Under the pieces are notes generated by a model. That model had not been told where the DNA came from and searched no databases. It worked only from the letters and a program-made list of their open reading frames with translations. From an uncultured delta proteobacterium (lineage in GTDB: Bacteria; Myxococcota; UBA727; VGSZ01): DNA of 64,000 nt. The first letter of the stretch is position 1. Every line of letters starts with the position of its first letter. The position numbers and the translations under genes are program-made. The DNA is taken from the NCBI GenBank assembly GCA_963775425.1, contig CAVZJB010000016.1:160001-224000 (forward strand), written 5' to 3'. Shown piece after piece: positions 20,173 to 29,983 of this stretch.

Positions 20173-21120
20173 ATGAGCGAGCCCACGACGCCGAAGTCGG
20201 CGCCTCCGCTGGCGGCCATCAAGGCCGGCACGGAGGACCTCTACGTCGAAGCCCGCGGCGCTTTCGGCGAGGGCGACGTCAAGGACTACATGCCCTCCCC
20301 CGAGAGCGATCACCTCCGGGTGAGCCTCTCGCAGTTCGAGGGCCCGCTCGACCTGCTGCTGCACCTCATCGGCAACCACGCGCTGCAGATCTTCGACATC
20401 CCCATCAAGGTGATCGTCGCCGAGTACATGAAGGCGCTCGACGACATGCGCGAGCCGAACCTCGACGTCGCCGGCGAGTTCCTCGTGATGGCGGCGCAGC
20501 TCGCGCACATCAAGTCGAAGATGCTCCTGCCTCGCGAGGAGCGCCCCACGGAGGTCGAGCCCGAGCTCGATCCCCGCGCGGAGCTCGCCCGCCGGCTCCT
20601 CGAGTACCAGCGCTTCAAGGACGCGGCGCTGCGCATCAACCAGCTCCCGATGCTCGGCCGTGACGTCTTCGACCACGCCGGCGCCGTCGCGTACGACGGC
20701 CCCGTCGACGAGGTCGTGGAGGACGTGCGCACGGCCCTGAACCTCGCGGCCGTCGACCCCTTCGACCTCATCCGCCTGCTCGACCAGATGCTGAAGAAGC
20801 AGCAGAAGCTGGTGGTGCACGAGGTGCTCGTCGAGCGCATCTCGGTGGGCGCGCGCATCAACGAGATGGTCGACCTCCTCGTCGAGAGGGCCCGCGGCGC
20901 GTCCTTCGCCGAGCTGTGCGATTCGTTCGGCCCGCGCAGCAAGCGCGGGATCATCGTGACGTTCCTCTCCATCCTCGAGATGACCCGCCTGAAGCTCGTC
21001 CGCGTCGCGCAGGACGCCGAGGGCAACATCACCATCGAGCCCGTGATGGACAACCTCAAAGCCGACGATGAGCTCGCCGTCGTCGACGACTACGACAAGC
21101 AGCCCGAGGAAGCCGCATGA
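20173..21120 (+). CDS. scpA: Segregation and condensation protein A
   Basis: FEGPLDLLLHLI, EFLVMAAQLAHIKSKMLLP, IVTFLSILE. Confidence 0.95.
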   Translation: MSEPTTPKSAPPLAAIKAGTEDLYVEARGAFGEGDVKDYMPSPESDHLRVSLSQFEGPLDLLLHLIGNHALQIFDIPIKVIVAEYMKALDDMREPNLDVAGEFLVMAAQLAHIKSKMLLPREERPTEVEPELDPRAELARRLLEYQRFKDAALRINQLPMLGRDVFDHAGAVAYDGPVDEVVEDVRTALNLAAVDPFDLIRLLDQMLKKQQKLVVHEVLVERISVGARINEMVDLLVERARGASFAELCDSFGPRSKRGIIVTFLSILEMTRLKLVRVAQDAEGNITIEPVMDNLKADDELAVVDDYDKQPEEAA

Positions 21121-22358
21121 CCGACCCCGCCGACGCTCCCCCCGACGACGCCGACGACGAGATCGAGGCCGACGACGAGGTCGAGGCCGACGACGAGGTC
21201 GAGGCCGACGACGAGGCCGATGACGAGGCCGAGGCCGACGACGACGGCTTCGATGAGGACGACGAGGACGGCGACGCGGTGCTTGCTGACAACGGCGACG
21301 CAGCCGACGCACCCGAAGCAGCCGAAGCAAGCGCTGCAGACGCCGTCGACGCCGCCTCCGTCGACGCCGCCTCTGGCGAACCCGCCGAGAGCGTGCCTGC
21401 CGAGCCGGGCGCGACCGAAGCTGACGGCGGTGCCGTCGAGGCACAGGTCGCCGGAGCCGAGGCCGCGGTCGAGGCGAACGGCGACGTCCCCCCTGAGCCC
21501 GGCACCGGCGACGAGGGCCCCGCGTTCGTCGCCGAGGAGTGGGTGTTCGGGGCGCTCGAGGCGCTGGCGTTCGCGTCGAACGAGCCGTTGTCGCCGTCGC
21601 GGGCGCGCGAGGTGATCGCGGGCGAGATGGCCACGATGGAGTCCATGGAGGGCAAGGCACAGCCCACGCTCGCCGACGTCAAGGCGTGCTTCCGCACGCT
21701 CCTCGAGCGCTGGAGCAATCCCACGCGCGCCGTGGCGCACGGCTTCCGCCTCGTCGAGGTCGACGGCGGGCTGTGTTTCCGCACCGTCGCCGCCAACGCG
21801 CGCTTCATCCGCCGCATGCAGATGGGCAAGCCGCAGAAGCTCTCGCGCGCCACGCTCGAGACGCTGTCGGTGATCGCGTACAAGCAGCCCGTGACCAAGC
21901 CGCAGATCGAGGAGGTCCGCGGCGTCGACAGCTCCGGCGCGCTCAAGACGCTCCTCGACAAGAAGCTCATCCGCGTCCTCGGCAAGGCCGAGGAGATCGG
22001 GCGCCCGCTCCTGTACGGCACCACCAAGACGTTCCTCGAGCTGTTCGAGATGAATTCGCTCACCGACCTGCCGACGCTCAAGGAGCTGCACGAGCTCGAG
22101 CACGGCGTGGTCGAGGCCCCCGCCGTCGACGACGATCGTCCGGCCGTGGTCATGGACCTGTTCAACGCCGACCAGGTCAGCGCCGTCTCCGCCGAGACCG
22201 AGCGCGAGAGCACCGAGGCCATGGAGGCCCTCGAGCGCGCCCTCGGCGAAGCCAAGGACGTCGCGAAGCGTGCCTCCACCCTCGTCTTCGGCATGAACGT
22301 CGACGAGGAAGGCGAGCAGAAGGGCGACGACAAGCCCAAGACCGACGACAAGGGGTGA
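21117..22358 (+). CDS. scpB: Segregation and condensation protein B with long acidic N-terminal extension
   Basis: LSRATLETLSVIAYKQPVT..IEEVRGVDS, GRPLLYGTT..FLELF; ATGA overlap with scpA. Confidence 0.95.
   Translation: MTDPADAPPDDADDEIEADDEVEADDEVEADDEADDEAEADDDGFDEDDEDGDAVLADNGDAADAPEAAEASAADAVDAASVDAASGEPAESVPAEPGATEADGGAVEAQVAGAEAAVEANGDVPPEPGTGDEGPAFVAEEWVFGALEALAFASNEPLSPSRAREVIAGEMATMESMEGKAQPTLADVKACFRTLLERWSNPTRAVAHGFRLVEVDGGLCFRTVAANARFIRRMQMGKPQKLSRATLETLSVIAYKQPVTKPQIEEVRGVDSSGALKTLLDKKLIRVLGKAEEIGRPLLYGTTKTFLELFEMNSLTDLPTLKELHELEHGVVEAPAVDDDRPAVVMDLFNADQVSAVSAETERESTEAMEALERALGEAKDVAKRASTLVFGMNVDEEGEQKGDDKPKTDDKG
21156..21260 (+). repeat. Imperfect 12-18 bp tandem repeats encoding (V)EADDE
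   Basis: gaggccgacgacgaggtc and variants at the start of scpB. Confidence 0.75.
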
Positions 22359-22402
22359 CACGGTTCTCCAGCACCGACGGGAGTCGGAGCGAGGCGGGGT
22401 AG

Positions 22403-23140
22403 ATGGTCGAAGAGAGATTGCAGAAGGCGTTGGCCAGGGCAGGCGTGGCGTCGCGCCGCGCGGCCGAGCAGATGATCGTCGCCGGGCGGGTCCGGGTGAA
22501 CGAGAAGGTCGTCACCGAGCTCGGCACCAAGATCGATCCGGGGAAGGACGACGTGCGCGTCGACGGGCGCCGCATCCAGGTCACGAGCCCGGACAAGCAG
22601 GAGAAGGTTTACTTCCTCCTGAACAAGCCCGCCGGCTTCCTCACCACCACCAAGGACGACCGCGGGCGAAAGACCGTCATGGACCTCGTCATCGGGGCGT
22701 CGCAGGCGCGCATCTATCCCGTCGGCCGCCTCGACTTCGACGCCGAGGGCGCGCTCCTGCTCACCAACGACGGCGAGCTCGCGAACCTCCTGACGCACCC
22801 GCGCTACCACGTGCCCAAGACGTACCTCGCCAAGGTGAAGGGCTCGCCGAGCGAGGACAAGCTCGACAAGCTGCGCCGCGGCATCTACCTCGAAGACGGC
22901 CCGACCAAGCCCGCCCACATCGAGGTCGTCGAGAAGGCCAAGGTCAACACGTGGGTGGAGATCACGGTGACGGAGGGTCGCAACCGGCTGATCAAGCGGA
23001 TGTTCTGGCGCATTCAGCACCCGGTCTTGAAGCTGGTCCGCACACGCTTCGGCGCCCTCGACACCGAGAAGCTCCGGCTCGGCGATTACCGGGAGCTGTC
23101 CAAGAAGGAGATGCAGGAGCTCCGCCAGTTCATCGCGTGA
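22403..23140 (+). CDS. rluB: RluB/RsuA-family pseudouridine synthase
   Basis: S4 domain ERLQKALARAGVASRR; NKPAG; VGRLDFDAEG; EGRNR; follows scpAB. Confidence 0.9.
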   Translation: MVEERLQKALARAGVASRRAAEQMIVAGRVRVNEKVVTELGTKIDPGKDDVRVDGRRIQVTSPDKQEKVYFLLNKPAGFLTTTKDDRGRKTVMDLVIGASQARIYPVGRLDFDAEGALLLTNDGELANLLTHPRYHVPKTYLAKVKGSPSEDKLDKLRRGIYLEDGPTKPAHIEVVEKAKVNTWVEITVTEGRNRLIKRMFWRIQHPVLKLVRTRFGALDTEKLRLGDYRELSKKEMQELRQFIA

Positions 23141-23198
23141 ATGACCGCCTGTGAGACAGGCGGCGGAATTCGTTGCTGCTCCCGTAGACTCGCCCGGC

Positions 23199-25175
23199 GT
23201 GACCAAGCCGCCGAGCACCGACGAGATCATTCGGCAGGAGGCGCTCGACCTCCTCGCCAACGCGGATCTGACCGAGGTCTTCGACGCCTTCCAGGGCACG
23301 CTCGACACGCGCCCTACGCCGCTGCCGATCCCGCGGCGCCTGGGGCGGTACCTCGTGCGCCGCCGCCTCGGGATGGGGGGCATGGCCGAGGTGTTCCTCG
23401 CCGACAGGCAGGGGCCCGCGGGCTTTTCGAAGAAGGTGGTCCTCAAGCGGCTGCTGCCGCACCTCGCGATGGACGAGAGGTTCGTCGAGCTCTTCGCGCG
23501 CGAGGCGCGCATCGTCGCCGGGCTCTCGCACCCGAACGTGGTTCAAGTCTTCGAGCTCGGCGAAGAGGGCGGGCAGTACTTCCTGGCGATGGAGTACATC
23601 GACGGCATCACCCTTCACCAGCTCGCGCGGCGCCTGTGGGGCGCGAGCAAGCCGCTGCCGCTCGAGGTGAGCCTGCGCGCCGTCGCCGACGCCGCCCTCG
23701 GGCTGCACCACGCGCACGAGCGGGGCATCGTTCACAGGGACGTCAGCCCCGACAACCTCATCATCACCAAGGGCGGCATCACCAAGGTGCTCGACTTCGG
23801 CATCGCGCGGCCGGAGGACGCGGAGTCATTGACCAAGACCGGCGAGGCCAAGGGCAAGGTGGCTTTCATGGCGCCGGAGGTGCTCCGCGGCGAGCGCCCC
23901 GATCGCCGCGCCGATCTCTACGCGCTCGGGGTGTCGCTGTATTGGCTGCTCACCGGGCGGCGGCCGTTCGCGGGCGCGTCGGACTACGTCACCATGGATC
24001 TCGCGCTGCGACACGAGGCGGCGCCGCCGAGCGAGGTGGCGCCGTCGGTGCCGCCCGAGATCGACGCGCTCGTGATGAAGCTCCTCGACAAGGACCCCGA
24101 CGCGCGGTTTCAGACGGGCGAGGAGCTGCACCGCGCGCTGTCCGACCACCTCGCCATCGACACCGCGCTGTCGCAGTGCGTGGTGGAGCACGCGCTCGCC
24201 TTGCCGGAGCGCCCCGTCGGCGAGGTCGACGATCCGTGCGACGCCCCCATCAGCACCGCCTCCGCGGCCCGGCCCCGCAAGAGCCGGGCGCTCCGCATCC
24301 CGCTCGCGGCCGCGGCGCTCGTGGTGCTCGGCGTGACGTTCGCGATCGTGGCGTCGTCGAGCGGGGACACGTCCTCGGCTGACCCGTTCGCGCGCGCCGC
24401 GTCAGCCCCCGCCGCCACCACCGCAGGCGCAGCCGTCGCCGCGGCCGACGAGCACGCGGCCGGCGACGCCGCAGCCGACGCCGCAGCCGACGACCAAACA
24501 GCCGGCGACCAAACAGCCGGCGACCAAACAGCCGACGCCGCAGCCGCCGACGACGCAGCGGCCGGCGCCCCAGCCGACGCCGCAGCCGCCGACGACGCAG
24601 CCCACGCCGCAGCGGCCGGCGCCCCAGCCGACGACGCAGCCGCCGACGACGCAGCCCACGCCTCGGTCGCCGACGACGCAGCCCACGCCGCAGCGGCCGG
24701 CGCCCCAGCCGACGACGCAGCCGGCGCCACAGCCGACGACGCGGCCGCAAGCCATCGCGCTGCGGCCGGCCCCTCGGCGCGCGCGGCGAGGCTGCGGGTG
24801 AAGGCGCCGGCGCGCATCGTGTGGCGGAGCATGCGCGGGCGGCCCTTGCTGCGCGGCAGCGGGACGCTCGCGCTCCCCGCCGGCGCGAAGCACGTCGTCG
24901 CGTTCGACCCGGAGGTCTGGGCGTCGACCATCGTCCCCGTCGGCCGCCCCGTCGACTACGACCGCCTGCCGCACGGGACCCTCGACGTCCGCGCCCTCCC
25001 GTACGCCCACGTCTACCTCGGCCACGCCGACCTCGGCGTCACCCCGTTGAAGCCGAAGGCCCTCGTCGCGGGCATCTACTGGGTGAAGCTCGTCTACGGA
25101 AAGAAGGTCGTCAGCCGGCGCGTCCGCGTCCCCCCCGGGCGCGTCGGGCGCCTCGCGGTTCGCATGACCGACTGA
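23199..25175 (+). CDS. Membrane Ser/Thr protein kinase with Ala/Asp-rich repeats and PEGA-like C-terminus; alternative start GTG 23151
   Basis: LGMGGMAEV, VVLKR, HRDVSPDN, DFG, GKVAFMAPE; TM; LGVTPL PEGA-like motif. Confidence 0.92.
   Translation: MTKPPSTDEIIRQEALDLLANADLTEVFDAFQGTLDTRPTPLPIPRRLGRYLVRRRLGMGGMAEVFLADRQGPAGFSKKVVLKRLLPHLAMDERFVELFAREARIVAGLSHPNVVQVFELGEEGGQYFLAMEYIDGITLHQLARRLWGASKPLPLEVSLRAVADAALGLHHAHERGIVHRDVSPDNLIITKGGITKVLDFGIARPEDAESLTKTGEAKGKVAFMAPEVLRGERPDRRADLYALGVSLYWLLTGRRPFAGASDYVTMDLALRHEAAPPSEVAPSVPPEIDALVMKLLDKDPDARFQTGEELHRALSDHLAIDTALSQCVVEHALALPERPVGEVDDPCDAPISTASAARPRKSRALRIPLAAAALVVLGVTFAIVASSSGDTSSADPFARAASAPAATTAGAAVAAADEHAAGDAAADAAADDQTAGDQTAGDQTADAAAADDAAAGAPADAAAADDAAHAAAAGAPADDAAADDAAHASVADDAAHAAAAGAPADDAAGATADDAAASHRAAAGPSARAARLRVKAPARIVWRSMRGRPLLRGSGTLALPAGAKHVVAFDPEVWASTIVPVGRPVDYDRLPHGTLDVRALPYAHVYLGHADLGVTPLKPKALVAGIYWVKLVYGKKVVSRRVRVPPGRVGRLAVRMTD
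24440..24750 (+). repeat. Coding low-complexity tandem repeats (AGDQT-type x3; AADDAAH / AAGAPA units)
   Basis: gacgaccaaacagcc/ggcgaccaaacagcc 15-mers and recurring gcagcggccggcgccccagccgac. Confidence 0.8.
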
Positions 25176-25199
25176 CCGATCTCGGGATAGCGTGCGCGC

Positions 25200-25814
25200 A
25201 TGCGCGCCCTCCTCGTCTTCGCCGTGCTCGCCTCCGCCGCCGCCCACGCCGCCGCCGACGCACCCGCACCCGCAACCGCACCTGCGCCCGCACCCCGTGC
25301 GGTCTCCGTCCCCGTCCCGGTCAACCCGCCGACGCGCCCGGCGGCGAAGGAGACGACGGCCCACGCGCGCACGCACGCGGCCGCCGTCGTCGGCATCAGC
25401 GGCGCTGCCGTGAACCTGGTCGGCTACGCGGCGCTCATGGGCGGCGCCTTCCTCACCGCCGGCTATATCGGCACCGGCGCCTTGCTCATCCCCATCATCG
25501 GCATGCCCGTCATCGTCGGGCTCGCCGTATACATCGCGTCGACGTTCGTCACGGACGCCCCCGGCGCCCTCGCCAACACCGGCGGCGCGCTCCTCGGCCA
25601 CTACGTGGGGCTCTTCCTCGGGCTCGTGTCCGGCATCGGCGCCGGCATCGCGTACCAGGCGGCCAACAAGAGCGACGTATCGGGCAACGACTTCAACGTG
25701 AACCTGCTGACGTTCGGCGGTGTCGGAGCCCTGGTGGGCGGCGCCCTCGGCGGAACCGTCGGGACCGCCGTCGGCGGCGGCGCCGTAGCGGCGCTGACCG
25801 TGGGTGACGAATAG
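25200..25814 (+). CDS. Hypothetical Gly/Ala-rich membrane protein
   Basis: Signal peptide, several hydrophobic GxxxG-rich helices. Confidence 0.65.
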   Translation: MRALLVFAVLASAAAHAAADAPAPATAPAPAPRAVSVPVPVNPPTRPAAKETTAHARTHAAAVVGISGAAVNLVGYAALMGGAFLTAGYIGTGALLIPIIGMPVIVGLAVYIASTFVTDAPGALANTGGALLGHYVGLFLGLVSGIGAGIAYQAANKSDVSGNDFNVNLLTFGGVGALVGGALGGTVGTAVGGGAVAALTVGDE

Positions 25815-25853
25815 GCCGACACCGGGGTAGGGTCCCCGCCGAGAGGTATTCGC

Positions 25854-26795
25854 GTGAAGAACACGTTCGCGTTCATCGTCGGCGCGCTGGTCCTCGTGGC
25901 CGGTGGGCTCTACATCGTGTTGGGCTTGCAGGATCGCGCCGAAGAGGCCGAGATGTGGCGCGACATCAACGACGCCCGGACCGAGACCGCGCGTCAGCTC
26001 CCCATCTTCATCCAGGCCGCGGACGACAAGATCGGCTACGACCGGCAGCAGTTCATGCGCAAGCACCTCGACCGCATCGAGGAAGCCTTCAAGAAGTACC
26101 CGGGACAAAAGCCGAAAGAGGACGCCTTCATCCTCGACCTCGAGGAGAAGGCCAAGGCCGGCAAGAAGGACAAGGCCAAGACCGCCGAGTACCGCGAGCG
26201 CTACGACTACGTGAAGAAGGTTTGGAACGACTACCTGAAGACCGGCACGTACAAGCCGGTGCTCACGGGGTATTCGCACGGCATCCGCATGGACATCCTG
26301 TCCATGAAGCAGAGCAACGACGGCGGGCAGCAGGGCATCCGGATGGACGTCCTGTTCTACGGCCCCGTGAAGGATCAGTTCACGGCGGGCCCGCTCAGCA
26401 TCAAGAGCGCCATCGAGGTCGACGACCCCAAGCACCCGAACAAGCCCAAGGTGGGCCTGATGAAGGTCGACGGCACGGCGACGCCCTACGTCCTCGTCGA
26501 CAAGCCGTGGGAGTGGATCCCCGAGTGGCCGCCGGGCGTGATGGTCGGCTACTACATCGGCCTGCCGCTCTTTCACCCGAAGGCCTCCAAGTACAACTTC
26601 GAGATGCACTTCAACACGCGTGACGAGGGCGGCAGCACCATCCCCGTCGACTTCGCGTGGAAGGACCTCCCCGTCGATCCCAGCATCCGCGGCGCCCCCG
26701 GCTCCTCCTGGGACGCGCCCGTCGAGGCCGTCGACGAGGAGCAGCTCAAGGAAGAGGGCCTCGTCGAGGACAAGGACAAAAAGAAGGACAAATGA
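25854..26795 (+). CDS. Hypothetical N-terminally anchored protein
   Basis: TM at N-terminus, strong codon bias, ATGA overlap with next gene. Confidence 0.75.
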   Translation: MKNTFAFIVGALVLVAGGLYIVLGLQDRAEEAEMWRDINDARTETARQLPIFIQAADDKIGYDRQQFMRKHLDRIEEAFKKYPGQKPKEDAFILDLEEKAKAGKKDKAKTAEYRERYDYVKKVWNDYLKTGTYKPVLTGYSHGIRMDILSMKQSNDGGQQGIRMDVLFYGPVKDQFTAGPLSIKSAIEVDDPKHPNKPKVGLMKVDGTATPYVLVDKPWEWIPEWPPGVMVGYYIGLPLFHPKASKYNFEMHFNTRDEGGSTIPVDFAWKDLPVDPSIRGAPGSSWDAPVEAVDEEQLKEEGLVEDKDKKKDK

Positions 26796-27061
26796 GCATC
26801 AAGGACAAGGGGATGCAGCTCGGGATGAAAGCCATGGGCAAGCTCATGGAGAAGCCCGAGCGCGCCGAGCGGGTGATGAAAGCGGTGCAGAAGGTCCAGC
26901 AGGGCAGGGAGGCCGTCGACGAGGCCGCCGCCCGCATGCTGAACCTCTCGCAGCTCCCCGCGAAGAGCGACCTCAAGGAGATCGGTCGCCAGGCGGGCCG
27001 GCTCAAGCGTGAGGCCAAGAAGATCCTGGCGCTCCTCGACGACATCGAAGAGAAGCTGTAA
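26792..27061 (+). CDS. Small coiled-coil hypothetical protein
   Basis: AAGGA RBS; MSIKDKGMQLG..LNLSQLPAKSDL..LDDIEEKL. Confidence 0.7.
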   Translation: MSIKDKGMQLGMKAMGKLMEKPERAERVMKAVQKVQQGREAVDEAAARMLNLSQLPAKSDLKEIGRQAGRLKREAKKILALLDDIEEKL

Positions 27062-27070
27062 CCACGCGGC

Positions 27071-28840
27071 GTGACCACGCTTCGTGCACACGCCACCCTG
27101 GTCGCCGGCGCGCTGTGGGCGGCGCTCGCGGTCGCGGGGTGTCACGGCAAGGACGGCAAGCACGCCGCGCCGCACAAGCCGCTGGTGGCCCGGCGCGCGT
27201 CGCCGCCCAAGCAGCCGCTCGCGGCGCTCGCGGCCCGCGTGCCCCCGCGCACGGGGAGCTGCGCCCAGGTCAAGAGCGTCAAGGACAAGCGCGAGGCCCG
27301 GCGCGTCGCCGACGCCGTGGAGAAGGCGCTGTCGGTGCCCGTCGACGTCGTCAAGGCCGACCTCGGCGCCCGCGGCGTCTGGTGGCGCGTCTGCGTCGGC
27401 GACGAGGACAGCGAGGCGCGCCTGGTGGCGCTGGCGACGAAGTGGACGGCGCCCGGCGGCCCGCTCGATCGCTGGCTCGACCCGCAGCCCGGGGGCGCGC
27501 CGCGCTTCTTCGTCCTGTCGCACGACGACGCCGACCGCCGCCGGGGCACGCCCGCGCAGGCGCGCGCGCTGTTCTCCTTCAGGCTGAAAAGCGGCGCGCC
27601 CGCGGTGTTCTTCGGCGGGCCGGCGCAGAGCGCGCTCGCCATCGCCTCCACGGCGCTCACCGAGAGCGGGGCCACCGACGTCGTCGCCATCGGCCCCAAG
27701 GGCAAGCGCGCGCTGTTCGACGACGCCCCCGCGCCGGGCTGCGCGGCGTGCGAGGTGGCGCTCAAGGAGTCGGCCGTGACCGCGCGGCGCGTCATGGGCG
27801 CCGGCGACGTCGATCCCGCGCCCGGCGAGGAGCTGCTCGTCGAGGAGCGCACCGAGGGAGGCGTTCGCCTGCTCTCCGTCGCCGAGCTCGCGAACGGCGC
27901 GCTGCACCGAACGGCGTCGCTCGTCCTGCAGAGCGTCGGCCGGCCGGGCTATGCGTCGACGGGGACGGCGTCGGTGGTGCAGGCCGACCTCGACCGTCAC
28001 AAGGAGATCGCCCTCGCGACCACCGAGCTGCTCACCGACGGCGACGCCGCCTGCTCGGTGGCGCAGCACGTCGCCATCTACGACCTGCGCAAGGGCAAGG
28101 GCCTGGTGCGCATCGACCCGCTCAAGCTGCCCGCCGAGCCCGCCGACGCCGTCGTCAACGTCATCACCGTGCTCGACGCGTACGGCGACCACGCCGCCGC
28201 ATCCAGGGCGTGTGCCGCGCAGCTCGCGCACGATCCGCAGGCGGGCACGGCGCAGCTCTGCTTGCAGCGCGTGCGCCGGCTCATCGACGCCGACGCCCTC
28301 GTCGACGCCGTGAACGCCGCGGGTCTGCTGGCGGAGACCTCGGAGGCGCTGCGGCCGGTGGTGGCGGGCCCGTTTCACGACGCGGCGGTGGCGCTCGACA
28401 AGGACCCGCGCCTGTTCGCCGGCGAGGTCGACTGCAAGACCTCACCGCTCGTCGACAAGCTCTCGTCCAGACCGCTCGACGCCTCGGCCAAGCTCGCGCG
28501 TGACAAGGCGCGCGACCGCCTGCTCTTGTCGGACATCGACGACGCCGTGTTCGTGACGGGGGCGCGCGACTTCGGCGCCGACACCCCCCTCGGCGTCATC
28601 ACCGCCCGCTGGCTCGAGCGCGCGAAGGTCGCGCTGCCGGCGCGCTACGCGGCGGTGGAGGCGCTCCTGCTGCCGCCGGCGCCCCCGCCGCCTCCCCCGC
28701 CGCCGCCCGACGCTGGCCCCGCCGACGCGGGCCCCGCCGACGCCGGCCCCGCCGACCCCGCCGACGGGGGCGGCGGGGCAGGGCTCGTGGCGGGAGACGG
28801 TGCGGCCCGGGATGGAGCGGCCGGGGACGGCGGGCCGTGA
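27071..28840 (+). CDS. Hypothetical lipoprotein with possible SPOR-like N-terminal domain
   Basis: Lipobox VAGC; QVKSVKDKREA..DLGARGVWWRVCVG resembles SPOR. Confidence 0.6.
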   Translation: MTTLRAHATLVAGALWAALAVAGCHGKDGKHAAPHKPLVARRASPPKQPLAALAARVPPRTGSCAQVKSVKDKREARRVADAVEKALSVPVDVVKADLGARGVWWRVCVGDEDSEARLVALATKWTAPGGPLDRWLDPQPGGAPRFFVLSHDDADRRRGTPAQARALFSFRLKSGAPAVFFGGPAQSALAIASTALTESGATDVVAIGPKGKRALFDDAPAPGCAACEVALKESAVTARRVMGAGDVDPAPGEELLVEERTEGGVRLLSVAELANGALHRTASLVLQSVGRPGYASTGTASVVQADLDRHKEIALATTELLTDGDAACSVAQHVAIYDLRKGKGLVRIDPLKLPAEPADAVVNVITVLDAYGDHAAASRACAAQLAHDPQAGTAQLCLQRVRRLIDADALVDAVNAAGLLAETSEALRPVVAGPFHDAAVALDKDPRLFAGEVDCKTSPLVDKLSSRPLDASAKLARDKARDRLLLSDIDDAVFVTGARDFGADTPLGVITARWLERAKVALPARYAAVEALLLPPAPPPPPPPPPDAGPADAGPADAGPADPADGGGGAGLVAGDGAARDGAAGDGGP

Positions 28841-29910
28841 AGATCACGGCCAACCAGATCACCGTCGCGCGCATCCTGGCGCTGCCCTTTCCCTGCTGGG
28901 CGCTGATCGTGCGACCGCACCAGCCGTGGATGTGGGTGGCGTTCGTGTTCGGCGTGCTCGTCGGGGCCACGGACTTCGTCGACGGTTGGCTCGCGCGCCG
29001 CGACGGTCCCACCGTGCTCGGCTCCCTCCTCGACCCGGTGGCGGACAAGCTGTTCATCGCCATGCTGCTGTTGCCGCTGGTCGCCTCCGACGAGTGTCCG
29101 GGCTGGGCGGCGGGGGCGCTGTTCGTTCGCGAGCTGTTGATCACCGCGCTGCGCACCTCGCTCGCGGTGCGCAAGCGAAGCCTGAAGACGAGCCAGCTCG
29201 GAAAGCTCAAGACCGTCGTGCAGATGGGCGGGATTGCGACGTACTACCTCACGCTCTTCGTGCCCCGCGACGTGATGCCCTGGGTCCACCTCGCCTGCGC
29301 GTCGGGGATGCTCGTGTTGTGCTTCGTGTTCGGCGCCAGAAACGCGCGGCGCGGAAAGGGATTCCTGCCGCCGACGTGGCTGCTCGGCGGCACGCCCCTG
29401 TGGTTCGCGGTGTTCGCGCTCGCGCTCTTCCTCGAGCCGCGCGACGTGGGGTTCTGGCAGTTCATCACCATGGTCGTGCTCACGTGGGTGAGCGGCGCCG
29501 ATTACCTGTGGGGGGCCGGCCGCGCGCTGGTCCAGGAGGGGCTGCGGGTCGGCGACGTGCTGCGCGCGGCGTCGTCGGTGGTGCAGGGGCTCGCGCTGGT
29601 CCCGCTGCTCCCGGAGACGCCGGCGATCGTGGTGCCGACCATCGTCGCGCTCTGCTCCGAGCTTTCCTACGGCGGCATCGACAACGGCGTGGCGGCGGAG
29701 CGCGCGCGCTTCGCCAAGGGCTCGCCCGTACCCTCGATGCTCGCCGCCGTCGTCGTCGGCGCGCTGGCGCGCTACGGGCACGTGTCGCCCGAGGTGCTCC
29801 TGTGGCTCGCGTGGGGCATGGCCGCGGTGTCCTTCGGAAACGGCCTCGTCGCGTTCCTGCTCGATCGCGACGTCTTCCTGGCCACGCCCGACCGCCCCGT
29901 CCCCACGTAG
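28837..29910 (+). CDS. CDP-alcohol phosphatidyltransferase (PgsA-like) with extra C-terminal TM helices
   Basis: ANQITVAR; TDFVDGWLARR..GSLLDPVADK; RELLITALR; GKLKT. Confidence 0.9.
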   Translation: MKITANQITVARILALPFPCWALIVRPHQPWMWVAFVFGVLVGATDFVDGWLARRDGPTVLGSLLDPVADKLFIAMLLLPLVASDECPGWAAGALFVRELLITALRTSLAVRKRSLKTSQLGKLKTVVQMGGIATYYLTLFVPRDVMPWVHLACASGMLVLCFVFGARNARRGKGFLPPTWLLGGTPLWFAVFALALFLEPRDVGFWQFITMVVLTWVSGADYLWGAGRALVQEGLRVGDVLRAASSVVQGLALVPLLPETPAIVVPTIVALCSELSYGGIDNGVAAERARFAKGSPVPSMLAAVVVGALARYGHVSPEVLLWLAWGMAAVSFGNGLVAFLLDRDVFLATPDRPVPT

Positions 29911-29937
29911 CCCGTGCACGGCGGCGGTCGTTTTTTT
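29889..29937 (+). terminator. Putative intrinsic terminator
   Basis: cgaccgcc...ggcggtcg stem with inner cacg/cgtg pairing around the stop codon, followed by T7. Confidence 0.55.
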
Positions 29938-29983
29938 GGAGCCCGGTGGAGCCGGCGGTACTCCTTCTGTCACCGGAGGCCCC

